Shown here one piece after another: positions 28,536 through 36,042 of a DNA stretch of 64,000 nt. Positions within the stretch are counted from its first letter, which is position 1; the number at the start of each line of letters is the position of its first letter. The notes beneath the pieces are model-generated. The model had not been told where the DNA came from, made no database searches, and saw only the letters and a program-made list of their open reading frames with translations. The translations under genes and the position numbers were made by a program. This DNA is from Desulfovibrio sp. (GTDB lineage Bacteria > Desulfobacterota > Desulfovibrionia > Desulfovibrionales > Desulfovibrionaceae). The stretch lies in contig JASGGT010000001.1 in assembly GCA_047602655.1 (NCBI GenBank), positions 5,453 to 69,452 of the forward strand. Reading direction: 5' to 3'.

Positions 28536-30131
28536 ATGCCAGACCCCGCTCCGGGTTCAGCACCGCCAACGGTGAGAGGGCCGATGTTATTCGATTACCG
28601 CGATACCGTGCCGCTGTCGGGCATGCCCCCGGTTTCCGTTGAAGAACTGGGAGATTTTCTGCGCCGCTACATTGCCGAAGGCTGGCGTCTGCTGGCACTG
28701 TTCGGCCTGCCGGAATCTTCGGACGAAAACGCACCTGCGGGGTTGTGCTGCGTGCTGGCTCAGGACAGTTCGCACTATCTTGCCACCATGCGCACCGCTC
28801 CCTTGCAGTCCTATGCTTCCATGACGCCCTCCACGCCTCAGGCCCATCTGTTTGAACGCGAAATATTTGAGCAATGGGGCATCCGGCCCGAAGGGCATCC
28901 CTGGCTCAAACCTGTGCGACGCATCCCGGACGCCGCCGAAGCCAATGCCAGAACTCAGGCCGAAGGCGGCTCGCTTGCCGCAGCGCCCGGACAGGCTGCT
29001 CAGCCTTTTCCCTTCTACAGGGTTGAAGGCGAAGAAATCCATGAAGTTGCCGTTGGCCCAGTGCATGCCGGGGTTATTGAGCCGGGGCATTTCCGCTTTC
29101 AGTGCCACGGCGAAAACGTGCTGAACCTTGAGATTGCTCTGGGCTATCAACATCGTGGGCTTGAGCGCATGCTTGTGCGCGGCCCGCTTGCCCGTTGCCT
29201 GCCCCTGCTGGAATGCGCCGCTGGCGATACAACCATTGGGCACGCCACGGCCCATTGCGTAGTGGTCGAACGCCTGTCGGGCTGCGTGGTCGGCCCGCGC
29301 GCTCACCGCCTGCGGCGGGTGGGGCTTGAACTTGAACGCCTTGCCAACCATACGGGCGATCTTGGTGCCATTGCCGGGGATACGGGTTTTCTCCCCACTG
29401 CCTCGTGGAATGGCCGCATACGCGGTGATTTTCTCAATACCACGGCCTGCCTGTGCGGCAACCGTTTTGGCCGGGGGCTGCTGCGTCCCGGCGGCACGGC
29501 CTACGATCTTGACGCGGAAGGCTGCGCAGACATGCTTGCCCGCATCAAGGCGGCAGGACGAGACGTGCGGGGCGCGGTGGATGTGATGCTGCATACCGAG
29601 AGCGTACTTGAGCGCCTCACGGGTACGGGCTACGTCAGCAGGGAAACCGCCCAGAACCTCGGCCTGGTGGGCATGCCCGCACGGGCCTGCGGCCTCAAGG
29701 TCGACGCGCGTTTTCACTATCCCCTTGCCGACCTGCCCATCAGGGACTGCGCGCCGCGTGTTGAAACCACGGGCGACGTTCTGGCCCGCACCCTCGTGCG
29801 CAGCAAGGAGATTGACGATTCCCTGCGCCTGCTCGAGGCGGATCTTTCCACTCTCGCCAACCTGCCACCCCTTGCCGAGCAGCCCGACGCCGAGGCCCTT
29901 GGCAACATGCCGCCCGATACCCTTGCCGTATCGCAGGTTGAGGGCTGGCGCGGCGAAATCTGCCACGTGGCTGTTACCGGACCTGAGGGTAGATTTTTGA
30001 CCTACAAGGCCATCGATCCTTCGTTCCACAACTGGTCCGGCCTTGCCATGGCCCTGCGCGGCAACCAGATTTCCGACTTCCCGCTCTGCAACAAGAGTTT
30101 CAACCTCTCGTACTGCGGACACGATCTGTGA
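28536..30131 (+). CDS. NuoC-NuoD/HycE-like 'large subunit' lacking the [NiFe] cysteine ligands (EhrL-like)
   Basis: GPVHAGVIEPGHFRF and LGYQHRGLE are conserved. The N-terminal ligand motif reads LECAAGDTTIGH and the C-terminus reads KSFNLSYCGHDL. An alternative start is ATG 28584 after GAGAGGG. Confidence 0.85.
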   Translation: MPDPAPGSAPPTVRGPMLFDYRDTVPLSGMPPVSVEELGDFLRRYIAEGWRLLALFGLPESSDENAPAGLCCVLAQDSSHYLATMRTAPLQSYASMTPSTPQAHLFEREIFEQWGIRPEGHPWLKPVRRIPDAAEANARTQAEGGSLAAAPGQAAQPFPFYRVEGEEIHEVAVGPVHAGVIEPGHFRFQCHGENVLNLEIALGYQHRGLERMLVRGPLARCLPLLECAAGDTTIGHATAHCVVVERLSGCVVGPRAHRLRRVGLELERLANHTGDLGAIAGDTGFLPTASWNGRIRGDFLNTTACLCGNRFGRGLLRPGGTAYDLDAEGCADMLARIKAAGRDVRGAVDVMLHTESVLERLTGTGYVSRETAQNLGLVGMPARACGLKVDARFHYPLADLPIRDCAPRVETTGDVLARTLVRSKEIDDSLRLLEADLSTLANLPPLAEQPDAEALGNMPPDTLAVSQVEGWRGEICHVAVTGPEGRFLTYKAIDPSFHNWSGLAMALRGNQISDFPLCNKSFNLSYCGHDL

Positions 30132-30140
30132 GGCTTTGAC

Positions 30141-30896
30141 ATGCTGCGTATTATCAAGGAACGCCTGCACCAGAAATACCGCACGCTGGATTATCCCAAA
30201 CTTCAGCCCTCGCTCTCGCCCAGATATCTGGGCAGGCCAGAGCTTGCGCAGGTTTCCTGCGGATCATGCCGCGCCTGCTACGCGGCCTGCCCTGCTGGAG
30301 CCCTGCTGCCCACCGCTGGCGCGCAAGACGGCACCCCCACGCTGGACATGGGGCGCTGCACCTTTTGCGGCGCATGCCGTGCCGCCTGCCCCAAGGGAGC
30401 CTTTATCTTTACCGGGCAGCACCGCATGGCGTCCTTTACCCGCGAGGGCCTGCTGGTGATCCCCGGTCAGTCTTTCGCAGAGCAGCCCACGCCGTCCCGC
30501 TTTTCCCTGTTCCGCCGCTCGCTCAAGCTGCGGCAGGTCAGCGCCGCAGGCTGCAACGCCTGCGAGGCCGACAGCAATGTGCTCACCACACTGGTGTTTG
30601 ACCTGGGCCGCTTTGGCATTGATTTTGTTGCCTCGCCCCGCCATGCCGACGGCATTGCCGTAACCGGCCCGGTTTCGGAAAACATGCGGCTGGCCCTGCT
30701 TGATACCTTCAAGGCGACTCCCCAGCCGCGCATTGTAATTGCCGTGGGTGCCTGCGCCATTTCCGGCGGGCTGTTCCGCGAGAGTGATCAGTGCAACCGT
30801 GGCGTGAGTGAACTGCTGCCCGTGGACCTGTATATTCCCGGCTGCCCGCCCAACCCGTGGACAATCCTTGACGGTTTGACCTCGCTGCAAAAATGA
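30141..30896 (+). CDS. fused 2x[4Fe-4S] ferredoxin (HycF/NuoI-like) + NuoB/HycG-like small subunit (EhrS-like)
   Basis: CGSCRACYAACP and CTFCGACRAACP, followed by GCNACE...GACAISGG...PGCPPNP. Confidence 0.85.
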   Translation: MLRIIKERLHQKYRTLDYPKLQPSLSPRYLGRPELAQVSCGSCRACYAACPAGALLPTAGAQDGTPTLDMGRCTFCGACRAACPKGAFIFTGQHRMASFTREGLLVIPGQSFAEQPTPSRFSLFRRSLKLRQVSAAGCNACEADSNVLTTLVFDLGRFGIDFVASPRHADGIAVTGPVSENMRLALLDTFKATPQPRIVIAVGACAISGGLFRESDQCNRGVSELLPVDLYIPGCPPNPWTILDGLTSLQK

Positions 30897-31106
30897 CGCC
30901 CCCCAAGCCTCCGGATTTGCTGATTTCAACCCCTCCACCATACTTTTTCGGGCACACCGCTGGGAGCAAAAAACCGCTCCCCCTGCCGCGTTTTACCCAG
31001 ACTTGCCTTAATCTGTATAATGATTATAGTAGATAAGGCTCGTACAGAAAGTACTACCCGGTCAAATCGCCACTTCAGGAGATGACCAACACCGCCCTTA
31101 TGGGAG

Positions 31107-32027
31107 ATGTTCATGCAAATAAAAGCTTTTTTGACGATTCTTGTACTGCTTTGCTGTTCGCTCATGTTCACCTTGTCTGATGACGCACTTGCAGCTCGTC
31201 TTGGCGGCGGCAGTTCTTTTGGCAGCAAGCCCTTTATGAGCACGCCTGCGCCCCGTCCCCAGACCACGTTCCAGAACAAGCCCAGCGCCGCGCAGCCTCA
31301 GGCGCAGGCGGCTCCAGCCGCGCGTCCTGGTGGCATGTTCGGCGGCATGGGCGGCCTCATGGGCGGCCTGCTTGCCGGTACGCTCATAGGTTCGCTCTTG
31401 GGCGGTCATGGTTTTGCTGGCGGCGGCTTTATGGATATCCTGCTCATCGGACTGATGGTTTTCCTCGGCCTCAAGCTTTTTGCGGCCTTTCGCGGTTCGC
31501 AGAGGCCAGCGCAAGCATCCGCAGGTGCGCAAGGAGCGCAGGCCGAGCAGCCCCAGCCGGGCATGATGCGTAACGACAGTGCGAGTAATGGATGGGATGC
31601 CCTGCGTGGTCAGGGCGGCGCTGGCGAGGCTGAAGCCCCCGGCCCGCAGATTCCCATGCCTCCCGGTTTTGATGCCGATGAATTTCTGCGCGGGGCCAAA
31701 ATGGCCTACACCCGTTTGCAGACTGCCTGGGACAAGCGCGACATGAACGACATCTCGCAGTTCACCACCGAAGCCGTGCAGAAATCGGTGCGCGAACAGA
31801 TGGAAGCCGACCCCAAGCCGAGCACCACAGAAATCCTGCTGGTCAATGCCCAGCTGCTCGGTGTGACCGATGAAGGTCAGGAGCAGTATGCCCAGGTGTT
31901 CTTTGACGTGCTCCTGCGTGAAAGCCCTGACCAGCAGACTCCGTCCTCCGCACGCGAAGTGTGGCACTTCATGCGGCCCGTGACGGGCGGCAACTGGAAG
32001 CTGGACGGCATCCAGCAGGTAGATTAA
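31107..32027 (+). CDS. Tim44-like domain protein with an N-terminal signal/anchor
   Basis: Hydrophobic N-terminus, a G/M-rich segment and a TM helix. C-terminal part FDADEFLRGAKMAYTRLQTAWDKRDMNDI...WKLDGIQQ. A TATAAT box sits at 31016-31021. Confidence 0.7.
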   Translation: MFMQIKAFLTILVLLCCSLMFTLSDDALAARLGGGSSFGSKPFMSTPAPRPQTTFQNKPSAAQPQAQAAPAARPGGMFGGMGGLMGGLLAGTLIGSLLGGHGFAGGGFMDILLIGLMVFLGLKLFAAFRGSQRPAQASAGAQGAQAEQPQPGMMRNDSASNGWDALRGQGGAGEAEAPGPQIPMPPGFDADEFLRGAKMAYTRLQTAWDKRDMNDISQFTTEAVQKSVREQMEADPKPSTTEILLVNAQLLGVTDEGQEQYAQVFFDVLLRESPDQQTPSSAREVWHFMRPVTGGNWKLDGIQQVD

Positions 32028-32054
32028 ACCATATCAGCAATTGTTTGATGTAAC

Positions 32055-32091
32055 ACGGGCTGAAAGCCAAGGCCTTCAGCCCGTTCTTTTT
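32055..32091 (+). terminator. rho-independent terminator
   Basis: ACGGGCTGAA...TTCAGCCCGT followed by TCTTTTT. Confidence 0.75.
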
Positions 32092-32232
32092 CACAAGAGC
32101 AAATCAACCTTGAGAAGCTGCATTCTCAAGGTTTTTTAAACGCCAACTCTGGCGCTGCGGTGCGGCAACAAGGCATGCGCCTTGAGGCAAAGCCAACTCA
32201 CGCAACCGCAAGAGCAAGGGGTACGTGTGGAG

Positions 32233-32634
32233 ATGGAAATGAAAAACTACGTGGAAAAACACGACAAGCTGGTGCGCTATCTGGATATGACCATTGAAAG
32301 CGCCACGCCGGAATACGCCAAGGTAACCATGCCTATCACCGAAAACCACAAAAACGGCATGGGTATGGCCCACGGCGGGGCCATTTTTGCCCTGGCCGAT
32401 GTGGCCTTTGGCTCTGCCGCCAACGCAGGCAAGGATTACGGCGTGGTAAGCCTGAACACCACCATTGAGTATCTGCGCCCCGGCAAAGTTTCGCCCCTCA
32501 CGGCGGAGGCCTTTGTGGTGCGCAACGGCAAGCATATCCTGAACTATGACGTAAAAATTTACGATGGTTCAGGCGATCTCATTGCCAAATGCGTTGCCGC
32601 CGGTTTTCAGACCGACGTGCTGCTGCCGGATTAA
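32233..32634 (+). CDS. PaaI-family hotdog-fold thioesterase
   Basis: MGMAHGGAIFALADVAFGSAAN and the typical length. The start is uncertain between 32233 and 32239. Confidence 0.75.
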   Translation: MEMKNYVEKHDKLVRYLDMTIESATPEYAKVTMPITENHKNGMGMAHGGAIFALADVAFGSAANAGKDYGVVSLNTTIEYLRPGKVSPLTAEAFVVRNGKHILNYDVKIYDGSGDLIAKCVAAGFQTDVLLPD

Positions 32635-32708
32635 TTTTTTCTTGATCACGCAAGGTCCTGCCCCACTTTCCTGACGGGCAAGGACAATGCGCACAACGAT
32701 ATCAACAC

Positions 32709-32752
32709 AAAGCCCCTGTCGCAGGTTTTTCCTCCGCCAGGGGCTTTGTTTG
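32709..32752 (+). terminator. hairpin terminator downstream of the thioesterase gene
   Basis: AAAGCCCCTG (32709-32718) pairs with CAGGGGCTTT (32738-32747), then GTTTG. The loop is large, so confidence is moderate. Confidence 0.45.
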
Positions 32753-32761
32753 CCCTATGAT

Positions 32762-32798
32762 AAAAAAATTGCCCCTTGCCGAACCCTTGGCAAGGGGC
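32762..32798 (-). terminator. rho-independent terminator for the minus-strand REC-HK gene
   Basis: GCCCCTTGCC/GGCAAGGGGC stem (32771-32798) followed on the minus strand by a T-rich run (AATTTTTTT, plus-strand 32762-32770). Confidence 0.7.
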
Positions 32799-32956
32799 TT
32801 CCACCGTAAACGCTTGGGGCGCATGGAGGTGATGAGTGGCGCAACGTCAGCCATAGAGCACTTTCATGTTGAAACTGCTCTGGCGACTGCGAGAGCAGGC
32901 GCCGGCCGTGAAGGCTCGCAGCCGGTTGCGCTCTTCAGCGCCGGAATCAGTGTATT

Positions 32957-32986
32957 GAACCTTGAAAATAGCCATTTTCAAGGTTC
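32957..32986. repeat. perfect 13-bp inverted repeat (GAACCTTGAAAAT-AGCC-ATTTTCAAGGTTC)
   Basis: Read directly. It lies between the REC-HK stop and its terminator, in AT-rich sequence that is unusual for this genome. Confidence 0.7.
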
Positions 32987-33033
32987 ATCTGCTCCAGAAG
33001 CTTGCGCACAATATGCAAAAATATCTCAGACCG

Positions 33034-34246
33034 CTACGATGCAGCCCCGGAAGCGGGCCGCTCGTCCAGGGCTTCGGCCAGCGGCAGGCTGAGGCAGAAT
33101 TCCGCCCCTCCATCGGCCGCATTGGCTGCTGTCAGCTCCCCGCCACGGGCGTGAGCCAGGGAGCGGGCCACCGCAAGCCCCAGCCCCACGTAGCGGCCAA
33201 GCGTCTTGCCGCCGGACGCATGCGCGGCAACCGGGCTTTGCAGCGCGCGCGTGCAAAAAAGGCTCAAATATGTGCGGCATGATGTCGGGCGCGATGCCTG
33301 GGCCGTTGTCGCGCACCACAAGGTCGTACCAATCCTGCCCTTGCGCATCGCGTCTGGTGCTGGCGGTCAGGGTAATCAGACCGCCGGGGCGCTCTGCCGA
33401 TCCTGATGCAGGCTCCGTATCACTGAGGGCATCCAGCGCGTTTTCCAGCAGGTGCAGGCATATCTGCTGCAGTTCCGGGGCGGACCCCAAGGGGCGGGGC
33501 GCGCCCTCGCCCTGCGGCACCGCGATATCGCAGCGCACGTGGGAGCTTTCCATGCGCTCGTGCAGCAGGCGCAGCACCTGGGCCACATCCGCAGCCACAT
33601 CAAGCGCGCCCACGCGCGGGTCAAGCCCGTGCCCCACCATGAGCAGCTTGCGCGTTATCTCGCGCACTCGCAGGCTCTGCGTCCTGATGGTGTCCACAGC
33701 TTCCCGCACTTCGCCGATATCCGGCAAGGCTTCGGCTTCCGGCACTTCCAGACAGTCACGGATCAGACCAGCGGCCTGCACCATGATATTCAGCGGATTA
33801 TTGACCTCATGGGCCACGCCTTCCGCCACCCGGCCAAGGCTGCGCCAGCGGGCGGCCTCTGCCAGACGGGCGGCTTCGTGCCGTGCGCCTGCTCGCTCCG
33901 CCGCCTTGCGGCATTCTGCAAGGATGCCGTCCATGCCCACGGGCTTTGAAAGCCAGTTCAGCGCGCCGCGCCGCATGGCCTGCACGGCCTTGCTCATGTC
34001 CCCTGCGCCGGAAAGCATCACCACATCGGTCTGCGGGTAGTGCTCGCGCAGAATTTTCAGCAGGTCAACGCCGTCCATACCCGGCAGCCCCACATCAAGA
34101 AATATGAGGTCGCGGGGGCCGCGCGCCAGTTCGGCCAGGGCCGTATCGGCATCCTGCGCGGTTGCGGTTTCGTAGCCGCGCAATGCCAGACGTTCGGCCA
34201 GAGGCTCCGAAAAGGCAGGTTCGTCATCCACAACAAGCACACGCAT
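33034..34246 (-). pseudogene. hybrid REC + HisKA + HATPase histidine kinase interrupted by a frameshift at a homopolymer
   Basis: The 406-aa frame carries REC (VLVVDDEP...FLDVGLPGMDG), an H-box (AHEVNNPLN) and DNGPGI...IFEPF. The G2 box and C-terminus (GRYVGLGLAVARSLAHARGGEL...) continue in the +1 frame (track ORF 33034..33348). The switch is at the A6 run at 33255-33260. Confidence 0.7.
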
Positions 34247-34470
34247 GGCGAACTCCTATGGCGAACCGCTGCCGCCCAGGCAGTTTCATAAAACCGCCCC
34301 AGGGCAATTAACGCATGGCCCAGCCGCCTTGCGGCGGGCAAGACCAGCCAACGCCAGTTCTATGGCAGGGTTTGGGGGTAAACCCCGGCAAGAGCGTTTC
34401 GTGCAGAAACCCCCTTGCCACAGGCCGGATGCGCTCCATCCGGCCCTCCCGGCCAAAGTTGCACCAGCAC

Positions 34471-34944
34471 TTATTTACCGTGCTCTTCCAGGACGTCCTT
34501 TTCGTTCAGAACATCGCGTGCCGAATCAAAGTCCCCGCCTTCGGCCAGAGAAACAGCAACCATGGCGTTCTCAAGCTTGTCGCGGTAGGCCATGCGAATG
34601 CTGTTGAGCAATTCGTCAATGTCCATGGGCTTTCTGAGGAAGTTGTACGCGCCCATGCGATAGGCGGTCTGTTCTTCAGCATCGCCGCCGTGGCCTGTAA
34701 GAATGATGACCTGAACCTGCGGATTGCTCTTTTTGACATTGCGCAGCACTTCAAAGCCGTCCATGCCGGGCATGCGCAGGTCAAGCACGATAACGTCGGT
34801 GGGCTGCTCCACAGCCTTGAGGGCCTCGGGGCCGTCATAGGCCACCCGCGCTTCAAAGCCGCGCATGGCAAGGCGCTCCGACAGCGTGTCCACAAACTGC
34901 TTTTCGTCGTCCACCAGCAGGATTTTGATGTCTTCCTTGGTCAT
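34471..34944 (-). CDS. single-domain response regulator (REC + short tail)
   Basis: ILLVDDEKQF...VLDLRMPGMDG...ILTGHG...LRKP. No output domain. Confidence 0.85.
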   Translation of the reverse strand: MTKEDIKILLVDDEKQFVDTLSERLAMRGFEARVAYDGPEALKAVEQPTDVIVLDLRMPGMDGFEVLRNVKKSNPQVQVIILTGHGGDAEEQTAYRMGAYNFLRKPMDIDELLNSIRMAYRDKLENAMVAVSLAEGGDFDSARDVLNEKDVLEEHGK

Positions 34945-34983
34945 GGAATACTCCTTGAAGGCCCGGCAACATGCCGGCGCCGG

Positions 34984-35649
34984 TTATTCGCCTTCGCTAT
35001 CGCAGGCCGAAATGGAAAGGAAAAATCTTGGCCCCGCATCCCGCCAGGGCATAAGCACGGCGCGCCAACCGGGGCGCATGCCGTCCAGCATGGGGCTGCC
35101 CGTCATGGCCGCCAGGGCCATCTCGCGGTTGGCCCCTTCCAGTGCCTCTACAATAATGCCTTCTTCCTTCTGCCGCCGTCCGGCAGTGAGGCGCAGGTTC
35201 ACCTGCCCGCCCACCGAGGCGCAGAGGTCAAACACTTCAAGCAGCGACCGCAGCACAGCCAAGGGCGGCACATTGGCCCACACTGGCTCATCAGTTTCGC
35301 CGCTGGTCAGTTGTATCTGCGCCGCGCGCGCCTGACGTGCCGCCAGCAGGCAGAAACTGCGGCTTACCCGCGCAAGGTCGCAGGGCCCTGCGTTGCCGGG
35401 CTCCATGCCTCCAGCCTGCGCCATGAAATCCATGGCTTCAGAAAGGGCCGCCCCCTGAATGATGGAACGCTGCACTTCGCTCAATGCCGATGAAAGCCGC
35501 TCTGCGCCCGGCGCGGCGACAGTTTTGCCGCCAGCCAGCGTTGCCAGATCCTGCGCCAGCCCGGCAGATTCACGAATCACGGCCAGCACGTTGCGCATGT
35601 CGTGAACTGCGGAAGCCAGCAAGCGGGCCATGCACTGACTCTCATTCAT
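34984..35649 (-). CDS. DHp-containing histidine phosphotransfer / degenerate kinase-like protein
   Basis: 221 aa with H-box-like ASAVHDMRNVLAVI. The C-terminal half has no recognisable N, G1 or G2 ATP-binding boxes. The ATG overlaps the upstream REC gene stop (ATGA). Confidence 0.55.
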   Translation of the reverse strand: MNESQCMARLLASAVHDMRNVLAVIRESAGLAQDLATLAGGKTVAAPGAERLSSALSEVQRSIIQGAALSEAMDFMAQAGGMEPGNAGPCDLARVSRSFCLLAARQARAAQIQLTSGETDEPVWANVPPLAVLRSLLEVFDLCASVGGQVNLRLTAGRRQKEEGIIVEALEGANREMALAAMTGSPMLDGMRPGWRAVLMPWRDAGPRFFLSISACDSEGE

Positions 35650-36041
35650 GACTTGCCTCCGTTGGCTGCGCATTCCTTGCCTTCACGCACGGCAGCTTGC
35701 AGCGTTTCCAGAAAAACGTTGAAACTCAGCGGCTTGGTGAGGCAGGCAAAGGCCTGCGCCACAGGATTTGTGCCATTATCGTCCACAGCCTCGTGCCCAG
35801 TGAGCAGGATAACCGGCAAATCGGGGTACAAAACCTTGAGGCGGCGCAGCACTTCATCGCCCGACAAACCGGGCATGAAGAGATCAAGCACCACAACATC
35901 AGGTTTTTCCGGCGTGGCGGCCTGGAGGGCGCTGATGCCGTCATAAACCACATAGGGCGCAAATCCGCGAAGCGAAAGACGCTCTGCAAGGGTATCGACA
36001 AATTCCTTTTCATCGTCAGCCAGAAGGATGCGTAATGACAT
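35646..36041 (-). CDS. single-domain response regulator (REC only)
   Basis: ILLADDEKEF...VLDLFMPGLSG...LLTGH...LTKP. The ATG at 36041 is 1 nt after the HK stop. Confidence 0.85.
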   Translation of the reverse strand: MSLRILLADDEKEFVDTLAERLSLRGFAPYVVYDGISALQAATPEKPDVVVLDLFMPGLSGDEVLRRLKVLYPDLPVILLTGHEAVDDNGTNPVAQAFACLTKPLSFNVFLETLQAAVREGKECAANGGKS

Positions 36042-36042
36042 T

